Assembly: GCA_951406725.2 (NCBI GenBank)
Contig: OX597832.1
Span: 1,674,001-1,738,000, forward strand
Length of the DNA: 64,000 nt
Direction: 5' to 3'
Source of the DNA: Octopus vulgaris
Lineage: Eukaryota
In this document: positions 27,316-41,118 of the stretch, in pieces
Numbering within the stretch: position 1 is the stretch's first letter
How the letters are laid out: every line of letters starts with the position of its first letter
Notes under the pieces: model-generated
Told to the model about the DNA's origin: nothing
The model's input: the letters and a program-made list of their open reading frames with translations, nothing else
The model's database searches: none
Position numbers and translations under genes: made by a program

Positions 27316-27668
27316 TAAGCAATTAAGGGTTTAGCAACGAATTGCCTCACCACACACCGAATTTAGAAATAGCAGTCAAAGAGTTATAGCTATTCTTTCT
27401 ACTAAAAGGGAGATCTCAGTAAAAACACAGCACTTTCAAGTGCTGTGTTTTTACTGAGATCTCCCTTTTAGTAGAAAGAATAGCTATAACTCTTTGACTG
27501 CTATTTCTAAATTCGGTGTGTGGTGAGGCAATTCGTTGCTAAACCCTTAATTGCTTAGTATTACTTAAATTTTCCTCGAATGAGGCTTTTACATGCCGAA
27601 ATCTACTTGGTGTAATTAATAATTATTCCAAATTAATTAATTTCACCCTTTATTGTTACTGATAACCA
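27312..27668. mobile_element. (TA)n-flanked fold-back element related to the 39.3-41.1 kb unit
   Basis: Perfect 124-bp inverted arms 27312-27435/27438-27561 with 2-nt loop; shares TAGAAATAGCAG(T/C)CAAA, CTTTTACAT..CTTGGTG and AATTAATTAATTT.ACCCT motifs with the 565-bp unit. Confidence 0.8.
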
Positions 27669-27672
27669 TATA

Positions 27673-27739
<67 letters not shown>

Positions 27740-28517
27740 ACAGAGCAAACTTATACAGAGAACAAAAGACAGAAAATTAAAGGAAAGAAGGTATGGTGTT
27801 ACAAGTCCGACAACTGTATATGGGGGCTAAGAAATCCTTCATAATGTTGTCAGATGTACTTCACCAAATATACAACCAGTAATGGAAGCAAATAAACATT
27901 GGATATACCCGGCTTCCGTCTTCAGGATAGAGAAAAAATGGGACATTTCAGATCGTACTTGTGTGTGTGTATTTCTGTGTATATGTGTTTGTAGATATGC
28001 CTCATTATAATAGAAACACTTTCACTGGTCTCAGTTCCTTACTTTGTGGCCACATTGTGATGCCAGTTTCGAGCATTTAGCTTTAGCGTTTATTTATGAC
28101 TGGGTCTCGTACTTCATTTTCCGGCTTTTATTTGTCGAAGCGCTGGGTAACGTAACAGGAAGGTGAGTAATACTCTTTTTACCTACTCTGCTGATATTTT
28201 AGATAAAGTGAGCTTATTTTAAGATTCATAATTTTTTTCTGGCCCAAATTTGCTTCTGCATTATGACTGTTTACTCTTCCTTTTCTTTTCTTTATTAAAA
28301 TCAAATTTTATTATTTTATTACTTGACTGTCGCTAATTATTATCATTTAGTTTAATACTATTTAAAATGTAAACCTGTGGAAGTCTACACGACTATAACT
28401 TAAAGTTCTCTGGTGAATATTATACACACACATATGCATATATAAACAAATGAAATAAGAGAAATCAAAAACCATACATCATAATTTTTTGATTTATTAG
28501 ATTATCTCCCCCTCTAG

Positions 28518-28776
28518 AGCATATGTTAGACTGGTCATGACATACGAGAAAGCTTCATACAAGAAAAAGAGAGAATCTCAAGAATCAAGAATCTACAGGA
28601 GTTGACATGCCGTTCAGAAAAAGGAAGTATTATTATCTGATTATCGTCCGAAGAGGACAATCGTGGACACGTGTTTCTGCCCCAGTAGGTGTCATTAGCA
28701 CAACAGTTGTCCCAACCTATCTCAAGCAACCAAGAGACATAGACATATACAAAAATGGAACACATTTATGGATCAG
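28518..28776 (+). CDS. Candidate first coding exon (ATG 28607, MPFRKRKYYYLIIVRRGQSW...NGTHLWI)
   Basis: CCCTCTAG acceptor, AG|GTAATT donor, in-frame stop upstream of ATG; strong upstream donor AAG|GTGAGT at 28163. Confidence 0.3.
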
Positions 28777-28859
28777 GTAATTTTCATAAGTTAAACAAAA
28801 TGAACTAAGAGAAACAATATGGTCAAATACATGGCCAGAGGCTTGCATATGAAATACAT

Positions 28860-29030
28860 AATCATCGTCGTTGTTGTTATCATCATTATCATTAGCATCG
28901 TCGTAATCATCATCATCATCATCATCATCAACAACAACAACATCGTCGTTTTCATCATCATTATCAAAATCGTCACCGTCATCATCATCATCAACACCAC
29001 CACCATCATCACCACCACCACCACCGCCAC
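28860..29030. repeat. Compound trinucleotide repeat (CAT/CAA/CAC)
   Basis: Direct inspection. Confidence 0.9.
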
Positions 29031-29139
29031 TACAATATGTCGTGAGTTTATATATCCTTATATTGGATATATAATATAACGAAGTAGGGGGAAGAATGTA
29101 TATACACGACGCATTACTATTACTATTACACAAGACTCA

Positions 29140-30560
29140 ACACTCTATATCAACGAATCACAGTGAACTGTTTACCAGCCTGAAAAATGCTGACGACTCA
29201 ACAGTTGTACGTGGCTTCCTTATTAAGTTTCCTTAAAGCTCTCTTAAAAGTGTACACGAGCCGTTCTGCCCTCCCATTCAATCTAGGATAATACGGTGCA
29301 ATATTTTATGTCCTAACGTGAACATTTCGCAGAATCTTTTAAACTCACAGGATACAAACTGTGTTCTGTTATCAGAAACAATTATATCCGGTGCAACAAA
29401 ACTTGCGAACAGCTTGCATAAGAAGTTTATTTCCGTATATGAGGTTGGTCATTTACACTGCGTGACCTCAAACCGTTTTATGTAGCTGATCAGTACTAAG
29501 TAATAATATCCATTTACCGGGCCTACAAAATCGATATGCAATCAGAACCATGGTATTTTCACTTCCGGCTAAGGTTCACATTTTGTAGTAGGTAGTTTCG
29601 CTGCCAGCACACATCCTCTGCAACATTTTACTAGGTTTTCAACTTCTTAGTTCATGCTTGGCTAGTATTCGAAACTTTGCATCAACGCTTTTATTCTAGA
29701 GATGTCTGGATGTCCCACATGGAACTCTTTTAGCATTCTCTTCTGAAATGTCTACCCTTAGAACGTACATTAGTACACCATCACATCTGGGCGGTTCTTT
29801 ACATCAGACCTTTCTTTATTTCTTTTGTCGACCACAGTTTTCTTTTTGTCTCATTAATATATTTGTCATTTCTCGCATTTCTTTTTATTCCTTCCAAAGT
29901 TACTGGTAGTTCACGCACGATGTTCCACATCACTTTTTTTTTGTTTCTGATTCCGCTCTTAGCGCTGTTATTATGGTGTCCTCCAGAGGTTCGTTATTTC
30001 TCGGAAATGCCCCAACATTTTTGAAGGTAGACATTCCATTCTATAATCGTAGTTTAATAGAATCGTACCCTCACCGCTGCAGTCTGTTTGCCGTACGGCT
30101 CGGGATTCCTTTCTTGGATCCGTATATCGTTATTAGAGGTCTATAGTTCGTTTGCAACCAAAAACGTCTGCCGTGAATGAACCTATAGAACTTATTCATG
30201 CCAAATATGATAATAACCAACGCCTCTTTTTCAGTCTAGCTATAGCTCTTTTCCGTCGGCAATAATGTCCTTGATGTGTGAGCTATGACCTTTCTCCAGC
30301 TATCCTTATGTAGGGGCACGACTCCTATCCCATACTCACTAGCATCTGTAGCTAGTATTATCTCTAACTTTGGGCCGAACTGTGTAAGATACAAGTCAGA
30401 AGTTAACACATCTTTTAACTCATTAAATGCTTTCTGACATTTCTCTCTCCAAAACCATTTGGCATTTTTTAGTAATTCATTAAGTGGTACCTTTACTTTA
30501 TGTATATTTGGGATATACACTTGGTATTGATTTACCAACCCTGGAAATGCTTATAGCTTT
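29140..30560 (-). mobile_element. Gypsy LTR retrotransposon pol remnant (RNase H and integrase)
   Basis: LATDASEYGIG...HTSRTL..EKSYS, HVGHPDISRIKALM, C..C, PWF.LHIDFVGP with many disruptions. Confidence 0.85.
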
Positions 30561-30775
30561 GTCAACATCTTTTCGAGTATCATTTGAAAGTATGGGCTGC
30601 GAAAGAAGCGTTGTTCTAAAATAATCGAATTTTGGCAATTATGGAACATCTTAATCCACCTGCTATAAATATATATCAGAGACGACAACTGGGGGTGAGA
30701 AACTTTGAAGCACTCTGAGATATGTGTGTTTCTCTGATTGTTTCTAGGGTACGGTGTGTTTTAGGACATATGTGC

Positions 30776-30820
<45 letters not shown>

Positions 30821-32962
30821 TGTGTGTGTGTGTGTGTTATTTCTCTATACAAATTTTCTATATAGTTACTGTTTTTCTAATCTCCACTTGTATTTAATTT
30901 TAAAATAGTTATTATGATAGTGAACAGCAGAATCAGTCTGACGGTGTATTAATTTTTTTCCACTATATAATTTCCACTTTTTCCTTTGTTAGTGTCAACC
31001 CTATTGAAACCGGTCGACTTTGCTTTTCATTCTTTTGGGGTTTATAAAATAAATATCAATAAAGAGTTGCAGGGGATTCATTTGGCAGTCCACTCTCACA
31101 GAAATGTATGTTCTTGTACTTCTACAAAATATTCTACGTAGACTCTGTATAGTGAAAGAACTCTAGCGCATCAGGCTTTAATTAGGCCTCTGAGAGTAAA
31201 GCTTCAATGGATTGTTTCCAAAAGGTATATTCCACAGATATAATGAGTGAAAGGTTTAAAGCCAAAGTCTGTTACATTCTGAATATCTACAATAAGCCAA
31301 TCAAAGATCTTTTGAGCTCATTATCTTTTAATTTCCAAGTGTCCACTGCCCCATGCAACCCTTTTGCCTTCATTGTAGAAAATAAGCATCACAATGCTGC
31401 CACAATTAAGAGTATGTCAAAGTTGCCTTATTTTTAGTAAATAACTTACACATTTATACACCACACTAAAATATCTCAGAATTGGTCATATTGAACTTAC
31501 TTTTATTTGACACGAATTAAATTGATTCCTTCACTAAATTATGCAGAGATTGTTTTGAATACATAAAAAATAAGCCCTAAATGACTCATATGCTGTTAAT
31601 TATAAATAAAAAAATATCTTCTTATTCTTTGCTGGGTTATTATCTAACATAATATACAAAGGTTTGTTTGTTTTTTTTTTTGGTGGGGGTAGGTAAGAAT
31701 CTCTTTGTGTTTTATTAGAAAAAAGACATAAGGGAAGTTAGTTGTAAATAAGTTGATGAGACAGAAACTTGCCCAACTAATGTTGATTAGAGTATTGAGA
31801 GGGTTAAATTAGTGTCATTATCTTCATTTATAACTTTCCATGGGTTTTGTAATTATTTAGACTTCTGCTCCAAGTTCTCTAACAAAAATAATACTAAAAA
31901 TCAAGAAATTATAAAAACATACGGTAATTGACAGTGAATAAATATGAAACAAACAGAAAGAGAGTTCTTGTGGTGCCAGTTGTAATCTAATTTCCTTGTC
32001 TTAATGAGGTGCTGACAGGCTAGAAATTAGTGCCCTTGTTGTTAACTGTCTTTCTTTGAATAATAACTATGTACATCTTGTTTCACTAATTACTGATTGG
32101 AGATACTTTGTTTTATTGATTACACTGTTCGTTTTGCTGTGACTTTAGGTTATGCCATGTAAACAATTTTGCCAGCATTCTTAAAAACTAATTTAACTTT
32201 GAGAGTTTATCTCCATCAACTACAACTGGAACATTATGCCATGGAAACATAAAACATGTGTTATTTAAATATTTAAAACTTTACCACTAGTCTAAAACTG
32301 GTTTTCGAATATTAGGTACTAAAAAGCAATGTTCTGTAAACTATTAGTTATTTAAAGGACTTGACTTCCAGAGTAATGATCTAAAGACTGGAGTTTCATG
32401 ATTTAGAAGAGGCATGGCAGTGTCCTTTACTTTTTCAGAGTCCTTGAATTAGTTTACTTTCCAATTCATCAATTTTCAGTTTATTATATATATATAGTTT
32501 CTGTTTAGCCTTCAACAATCTATAATGAATCCAACTCGCTTCTTCGTATCTTCAAATGGGTATCTTAAAATCTGGTAGATTTCAACAATGTTAAAATAAA
32601 ATGTAAACAGTTTTCCAGAAAATAGTTAAAATAGTTTAAATTATTAAAATAAATAAAAGTGCATATAATAGTCTAAATGCATCCTGATTCACGGTAAAGC
32701 AAATAGAAGTAACCTTATCAGTTTAATTGAAGAAAGAGATTGTCTAGCCAGCAAATTCGGAAGAAAAGAGTAAACTGAAACAATGATGCAAGAAAACAGT
32801 GAAATCAGAGTGACATGAACAAATGTAATTCGGCCTCTATCGTGATTAAACTGAAAATCCCGATGTACAAGGAAGAGTATTACAATTGTTTCAAAATACA
32901 TAGACTGTAGGATACGTAACATTACGAATGTCCTGTAACTCTCCGGTGTGTTTTCTTGTCAG

Positions 32963-33069
32963 GTACATGCGGTCATTTTAGTTGAAAATATCCGCTGCAG
33001 AGAATTCAAAAACCCCTGGGTAGCAGGAAAAAAACGGCAGAGGATATTGGAGTTGGTAAAGAATCAATG
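32963..33069 (+). CDS. Candidate internal exon (VHAVILVENIRCREFKNPWVAGKKRQRILELVKNQ)
   Basis: TTTTCTTGTCAG acceptor, TG|GTATGC donor, open frame; unique sequence. Confidence 0.2.
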
Positions 33070-33498
33070 GTATGCCTTACATGCCAATTACTTTAGCAAA
33101 AAGATATGAATGTAGTTTCAGCTTCTTATCAGCAGACCCAAATTTTAGTAGATGCTTGATTAGATTATATCCTCATTAATGTTTATCATCTGGTCACAAA
33201 TCCAGAAGACCAGCTTTGAAAATTGGAATGTTTATCGTTTATGAGAGATAAAATAAGTACTAAAAGCTCTTATGAGTATAGAAGGGAAGGGGATATAGAG
33301 AAAGAAGAAAAATGCAAAATATAGCTGACAGCTGATAGTTACTTGTATGTATATACATATATATATGAGTAAACGGGTCTACACACACACACGCGCGCGT
33401 AGATAGAAACTATGTAGACGTGCGCATACAAAATATATACCTATATATAAATACATATAATAATAAGCCCACAGATATATATCTGGACCGAAATACAT

Positions 33499-33559
<61 letters not shown>

Positions 33560-34684
33560 AACACACATATATATATGCACTTATATGTGTATATACTCAT
33601 ATATATATATTCCCAAATGTACGAATATGTATCAGCATACTTCTCTATTGTGCATAAACAAAACAAATAAAATAAAAATATAGGTACACCTTAGGCGTGG
33701 AAAATTGAAAGGTTAAAAAGTATAGGTACAGGCACTTTTACACTTTAGACATAAATTGTTCAAACGAATATAATAGCATGATATCAAAATAAAAACTACA
33801 TTAAGTATATAGATAATGTGAGACTCACAAGCATAAACAAATAAAATACAGATAGAGGCATGTATGCATCTTCGACGTGGATCGAATGAATGGAAACAAT
33901 CGTATAATATTTAGATGAATGCATAAAGTCATGTCTATATGTGAACACGCAGAAACAAAGCAAACGTACATACAGGCATAATTACACTGAAAGATAATTT
34001 ATAGGAAGGAAGAAGAAAGGAATCGTGTGAGAAAACAAACTGAAATGAAACGTGAACAAAGTTATATGTATAGTTAGAGATGCATTAATTAATATTCACA
34101 AAAAAGCCACGTACATACAGGACCGAATTTAAACCATGGAGGCCCGGGGCACTTCAAATTCGGTGGTCCCTCTCATGCACGAGAATTAGAACTTAGGAAA
34201 ATTATCAAATTTATATCTCAAAACTCATCCATTGCAAGTAATTGTATTTGACGAGGTAGCAGGGATAGTTTAAATAAACGACTGAAAATGTCGCTTTATA
34301 GATACACTTTTCAAAATTCAAATTTTTTTTCTCGCACATTCCCTTGAAGTGTTTGACTTTTCCTTTATCATGAAAAGTGCAATGAAGTGGGGAAGAAGGG
34401 GAAGATGTTTTCCTTTAATGCGAGTTACAAGTGTTTCAGAATGTAGAATACGATAAAATGACAGAAAATTACGAAAAACAAAAGTATATCATTTTAGTGG
34501 TAGTTGTTCCAAAGGTACAATGAATGTGTTTGTGTGAGGGGAGAGACAAACATTGAAAAGACATGGATTTTTAAAACTTTTATTTAAAAAAAAAAAACTT
34601 CTCTTCGTTGTGTTGTAATACATGAACAAAAAAGGGAAAATCCTGACAAAATTTGCGAAATTCCAACATATATGGGACAGCTAT

Positions 34685-35245
34685 TCCGAAAGAATTCCAT
34701 TTCTCCATCTGATGACAATATACGAGTTCTGGTCTTGTCGTAGGGCTTCGCAATAGCAAGAACTTGTTCTTCTGGAATGCCATATCCTTGAAGGATCTTC
34801 AATATTTTATAACGATGAGCGCTATCAAACCAGTTGCTGAAGTCCACGAAGGTTATAATGGCAGATAGCTGTCCTGATTTAACTCCTATTATATGCTCCA
34901 GGGCTAAGATCTGAGATGCTGTGGCTCTTCCTGGTCTAAATCCATTCTGATTTGGTCTTATAAGGCTATCAAGCACCTGTTGAATCCTGTTGAGGATCAT
35001 TCGGTTGATGACTTTGAGTGAGATATTGGACAGTGCAATTCCTCTGTAATCAATTTCATTGCTGAGGTTTCCTGATTTGGGGATTGGTATCGAGTTAATC
35101 TCAAACCACTGATCTGGAGTTTCTTGGTTCTGCAAGAGCTTATTCGCAAACTCTAGTATTGTTTCATCCAGATTGCAACCTCTTGATAACTTCCGTGGGC
35201 ATTTCATCAGGGCCAGCAGCTTTTCCCTCTTTCAGTCAATTTTTG
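34685..35245 (-). mobile_element. Inverted 5' segment of an RTE/RTE-X-like LINE
   Basis: KAAGPD, PIPKSGNLS..DYRGIAL, RPNQNGFRPGR, FVDFS..FDS, RILSSDGEMEFF. Confidence 0.85.
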
Positions 35246-35261
35246 GAACTTTGAATTCTCT

Positions 35262-36105
35262 GAAATACTAGCTGGGGCGCTACACTGAGATACGCTTGCA
35301 CTATATCTGTTTGTAATTGTATTGGATTTTGCAATGCATAATCCAATAGACAACAGTGACAAAGACCTGGAGTTCGCAGGTAATACAGCACTCTTGTCTA
35401 ATAGATCAAGCGCAACAGCTGTTCAGCAGAGTAGAAGCATCAGCTGCAAAGATAGGACTGCACGCAAACATCAAGAAAACGAAATACATGTTTTTCAACC
35501 AATCAAGTGATACTGAACTGTTTGTTCTGAGTGGTTCCAAATTGAATGTTACTGAAGACTTCAAGTACTTAGGTGGTTGGGTGAGCAGCGGGGAAGCAGA
35601 CATCAAGATCTGTAAGACGCAACCATGGACAGCCTGTCATAAACTAAAGAAAATCTGGAATACCAAATTGCCCAGGCAAATCAAAATGAAGCTGTTCATT
35701 GCAAATGTTTAATCAGTGCTAATATATGGTAGTTAAAGATGGTTACTGACGAAGAAATTGTCAAATGGGCCAAATACATGCTACACAAGGTTGCTACAAA
35801 TGGCTCTAAATTCGAAATGAGAGCAACACATGACAAATGAATTGCCTTTATGGAGACCTACCGAGGTTAGCGATAAGATCACGCTAAGACAGCTGCGACT
35901 ATCTGATCACTGCGTGCGCCATATTAAGCTGGCAGCAACCAAATTAGTTTTGTGGAGTCCACTTCATGGTGATGTAAGCAGGAGAAAACATTGTAACACA
36001 TCGAAAATCTGATTGCAGACACTGACCTCAAATATATTCAAGACCTCGAAGTGATGATAGACCGAGAAGTGTGGCAAGTAGACTTTGCTGCCGTAATAAT
36101 AAATA
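35262..36105 (+). mobile_element. 3' segment of the same RTE/RTE-X-like LINE
   Basis: EILAGALH*DTLALYLFVIVLDFAM, IGLHANIKKTKYM, DFKYLGGW, RQLRLSDHCVRH; TAA-type tail near 36093. Confidence 0.85.
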
Positions 36106-37094
36106 ATATTATGAAAGTCTGTTTTTCCTGTCTCCAGTAAGGGGTGGTGGGGCACAATAAGTAACATTTACTGCATTTTTGGCTTTGAGGAAAAAAATAT
36201 TTTTATAAATGTTCACTATCCAACAAGAACTACATCAACTAACCTCTAAAATGTATTAAAATCACTATAACATATTCAGAACACTATTTCAGAAAATTAC
36301 CTTTAATCTCTTTGAGCATATAAAAGACAAATTTAGATGGGTCAAAATGAGTAAGGAAAGACAGATAAATTAGCCTCTTCAATTCTCTAGAATTACATTT
36401 GAAAAAATCCATACACATCAATATCTACGTCAAATGATATTGAATCATAGGAAAATAACATAATATGAAATTAACGAAATTTGAATAAATCAAAAAACAA
36501 AATATTCTCTATAGCTTCTTCACGATCTGCTGAAGTGGCCCTCTGCAGAATTCTGGTTTAAACACCCCATATAACCCTAATAACATCTTAATTTTGGGGA
36601 ATTTTCAAAATACACGAGGATTCATACAATTATGAAATTTTGTTTTGTATTTTTTAAGTAGTCTTAAATTTTAACTTCAATACGGCAATAGACCATTAAG
36701 CGTGTTTATGGAGAGAAAAATATTGAAAAACATCGATACGCTAAAGTAACAATGATAGAAGAAGGCTATCAGGTGGTCGTGAGATGAGCTAGAAATGACA
36801 GCCAAATAGCCCTTAAATCAGACGCAAAAAAACTTTTTTCTTGTTTTTTCATAGCTGTATGAATTCCTATATGTAGAATATAAATTCGCAAAAATTTTCT
36901 GAAAATTCCAAAAACTAGAAATAGAGATGTTACATGGGGTAATTAAAGCAGAATTCCCCCTGGCTCTCTTCCTGATACATTTATGCACCATGCAGTTAAA
37001 GAGAAGAGATTATTCAAATTACTCATTACTCATTTTGTCTAGCTGAGTTCTAGAGGAACTCACTTGTCGCAGGTTACATTCCTGGTCATTTTTC

Positions 37095-38552
37095 TTTCTA
37101 GTCTGTCGTTCCAGTTTTCAAAAAGGGAAAGAAATCTCTTGCAGCGAACTACCGTCCGATTTCACTCTCCTCTCATATCATTAAAGTATTTGGAAGGGTG
37201 GTGAGATCGCGAATAACTCACTTCCTCGAAGACAACAATCTGCTGAACCCCAACCAGCATGGTTTCTGTGATGGTAGGGACTGCCTGTCGCAGCTTCTGT
37301 ATCATTTTCATGACTTTCTAAAAGCTCCAACACTGACGTCATATACCTTGATTTCAGCAAAGCATTTGACAGAGTGGCCACAAAATCCTGCTGAAGAAAC
37401 TGTCCAACATTGGAGTCTGTAGAAAGCTGCTGCAGTGGATAAAGTGTTTCCTAACGAACAGAACCCAACATGTTATGTTTGAGGTAATCCGATCAAGCTC
37501 AGCCAAAGTCAGTTGTGGTGTCCCACAAGGTACTATTTTGGGCCCACTCCTTTCATTATCTACTGTACGTCAATAGCTTAGTAGACGTCATCAAACATTC
37601 TACATTGAAAATCTTTGCAGAAGATTCCAAACTCCAGGAGGCCATAAACAGTATGAGAGACCGAACATGCCATCAGTCGGATCTGTTTGCTGTTTTCCAG
37701 TGGGCGGAAAAGAACAATTTGCTTCTAAATGAAGATAAGTCTAATTTGATCCACTTTGGAAAAGTGGATGCTCTAAAACTGCCATATGACCTTCCCTCGG
37801 GCGACTCTTTAGTGTCATCCAACAACACCACAGAACTTGAAGTAATTGTTGATAACAATCTAAGTTGGAGTTCCCACGTAAACAGCAAGGTTGACCTGGC
37901 CCACAAGATCTGCTCCTGGTTTCTGAGAACTTTCCAATCTAGAGACACCCACACCATCATCCTTCTCTACTCTACTTTTGCCTGACCCCACCTTGATATT
38001 GCTGCCCACTGTGGTCTCCCCACACGAAGCAACTTATTATGAAAGTGGAAGCACTCCAGAAGTCAATAACATGAAAGATTAGACGGCATGACAGGCATTA
38101 GCTATTGGAGTCAACTCAAAAAGTTTAATCTCTAGTCTCTCCAACGCCGTCGGGAGCGCTACATCATTTGTGTGATGTGGAAAATATTCCATCAATATTG
38201 CGCAAATGATGTTGGCATCAATTTTAAAATCCACCCAAGACTTAGCTCCCGTGCTACTCGCCCACTACAAAAATCTAACTCAGGACACATACAACTACTT
38301 TACCTCAACCGGTCAAGCTCTCTTTAGTATCATATCAAAATACGTCAAAACAGAAACGGAACCCATAAAACTCAAAAGTTCTCTGGACAAATTTCTTCAA
38401 AAAATTCCGAACCATCCTCCTACACCCCAACAATAATAACTCTTTGCTGGAGTTGGCCATGGTGTCCCATATATGACTAAAAGATTTCACCAGATGGTGC
38501 TATTACATTAGACATGGCCTGGGCCTATACTGGCCGAAACCATTCAAAGTTA
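37095..38552 (+). mobile_element. CR1-clade LINE 3' half
   Basis: NYRPISL, NQHGF, YLDFSKAFD, GVPQGTILGP, KIFAEDSKL, YCCPLWSP; 3' UTR to ~38550. Confidence 0.88.
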
Positions 38553-39309
38553 TTATATGTTTTGCGCTCAAGCTGTTTTCTGGGAGGCGGGGGTTGTTTG
38601 TTTGCTTGCTTGCTTGTTTGTTTGTGTGTGTTTGTGTGTGTGTGTGTGTGTGTGTACGTGCGCGTGTGTATGCGTGTGCGTACGTGTGTGCGTGTGTGCG
38701 TGTGTGTGTATGGTATGTTTGATTAAAGTAATTAATTTCGGATAAATCGATATCTCAGTCATAATCAAAGATAGAAATGTAATGTCACTTAATTTTAAAT
38801 TTTCGTTTCTCAAGCAACAAAATGCTTTAGAAGCTAATTTATATGTCTGCCACTGGAAATCTTTTTCAAGTGTTTAAGTAGCCGTTTAGCAACAGTAAAT
38901 ACGTGTTCATTATTATAAAAACACCAGGAACAGTACTGTCACGACCAATTGCAATAAGATATGTATCTGACATTTTTTTCATCTTTTAGTCATGAGGGAC
39001 GGCTGTACTCATAAGGTTTTGCAGAGTCTCCGAGACTTGTAGAGTGGAGGGGGGAGTTATTCTGAAATCGAAGCTTGGCCCAAATGCTTGCAACAGAGTG
39101 GACTCTCATAAAAACGCTAATGAATGGTGTAATGGTTGCATTTGAACTGGGAATGCAAAGAAATACTATAAGATAAGAGTCTGACGAGCTTACAGTTATA
39201 GTTTATTGATCCATGAAGTATGAAAGGCAAAGCTGAGTCTGAATGAGCTACCACAGCGTGTTTATAATTCGCGATCCTAAGGTGACCTGTGTGAAGTTTA
39301 ATGTAGCTC

Positions 39310-39347
<38 letters not shown>

Positions 39348-39529
39348 ATTAGGGCTTAGTAAAATAAATTACTTTGCCACATACTGAACTTAGTAGAAAT
39401 AGCAGCCAAAAAAAAATTTTCTTAGCATTTCTACTACTTAAAGAAAATTTCTCTCAGATAATGTTTACTCCAGACAGCTCACGAAGGTTTGGAGGTAAAT
39501 ACAGAAAAATATCACAAGTACATAGATCG

Positions 39530-39592
39530 TTTGAGTACGTCAACGTTTCAAGATTAGCCAAATAAAATCAGCATTTCTTTCGTCAGCTCAAA
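39530..39592 (-). ncRNA. Type I hammerhead ribozyme, copy 1
   Basis: Reverse complement of 40779-40841. Confidence 0.8.
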
Positions 39593-40094
39593 ATTTCTTA
39601 ATTTGGATTTGGAAACACTAAAAAGAAGGAACTTTACCTATCAGCGAACTTGTCGCTTCAGATGAACCACTCCAACTAACAGTGTCAACAAATTCAAAAT
39701 GCGCAGGCGTAAATTTCTGCACTCCCCATTCCATCCACGTGGTCTATCTAGCAAACATTATATTTTAACCGCGAGAACCGAGGCAGTATGACCGAGAGAA
39801 ATGAATTATAATATCAAGAATTGAGGGTAAAATTAATTAATTAATCAATTTCACCAAGTGTTCAGTATGTAAAAGGACCATTTAAGGCGAATTCAAAATA
39901 TTACATTATATAATTAGGGCTTAGTAAAATAAATTACTTTGCCACATACTGAACTTAGTAGAAATAGCAGCCAAAAAAAAATTTTCTTAGCATTTCTACT
40001 ACTTAAAGAAAATTTCTCTCAGATAATGTTTACTCCAGACAGCTCACGAAGGTTTGGAGGTAAATACAGAAAAATATCACAAGTACATAGATCG

Positions 40095-40157
40095 TTTGAG
40101 TACGTCAACGTTTCAAGATTAGCCAAATAAAATCAGCATTTCTTTCGTCAGCTCAAA
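40095..40157 (-). ncRNA. Type I hammerhead ribozyme, copy 2
   Basis: Reverse complement of 40779-40841, 565 nt from copy 1. Confidence 0.8.
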
Positions 40158-40778
40158 ATTTCTTAATTTGGATTTGGAAACACTAAAAAGAAGGAACTTT
40201 ACCTATCAGCGAACTTGTCGCTTCAGATGAACCACTCCAACTAACAGTGTCAACAAATTCAAAATGCGCAGGCGTAAATTTCTGCACTCCCCATTCCACC
40301 CACGTGGTCTATCTAGCAAACATTATATTTTAACTAGAGTAAACATTATCTGAGAGAAATTTTCTTTAAGTAGTAGAAATGCTAAGAAAATTTATTTTGG
40401 CTGCTATTTCTACTAAGTTCAGTATGTGGCAAAGTAATTTATTTTACTAAGCCCTAATTATATAATGTAATATTTTGAATTCGCCTTAAATGGTCCTTTT
40501 ACATACTGAACACTTGGTGAAATTGATTAATTAATTAATTTTACCCTCAATTCTTGATATTATAATTCATTTCTCTCGGTCATACTGCCTCGGTTCTCGC
40601 GGTTAAAATATAATGTTTGCTAGATAGACCACGTGGGTGGAATGGGGAGTGCAGAAATTTACGCCTGCGCATTTTGAATTTGTTGACACTGTTAGTTGGA
40701 GTGGTTCATCTGAAGCGACAAGTTCGCTGATAGGTAAAGTTCCTTCTTTTTAGTGTTTCCAAATCCAAATTAAGAAAT

Positions 40779-40841
40779 TTTGAGCTGACGAAAGAAATGC
40801 TGATTTTATTTGGCTAATCTTGAAACGTTGACGTACTCAAA
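40779..40841 (+). ncRNA. Type I hammerhead ribozyme, copy 3
   Basis: Stem I TTTGAG/CTCAAA; CTGACGA 40785-40791; stem II AAGA/TCTT; GAAA 40822-40825; minimal stem III ACG-TTGA-CGT; GTA triplet 40833-40835. Confidence 0.85.
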
Positions 40842-41118
40842 CGATCTATGTACTTGTGATATTTTTCTGTATTTACCTCCAAACCTTCGTGAGCTGTCTG
40901 GAGTAAACATTATCTGAGAGAAATTTTCTTTAAGTAGTAGAAATGCTAAGAAAATTTATTTTGGCTGCTATTTCTACTAAGTTCAGTATGTGGCAAAGTA
41001 ATTTATTTTACTAAGCCCTAATTATATAATGTAATATTTTGAATTCGCCTTAAATGGTCCTTTTACATACTGAACACTTGGTGAAATTGATTAATTAATT
41101 AATTTTACCCTCAATTCT

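Noticed and set aside
39374-40130. Duplicated 63-aa ORF (MPHTELSRNS...)
   Set aside because: TTG start, antisense to the hammerhead strand, no recognisable domain; a by-product of the 565-bp repeat.
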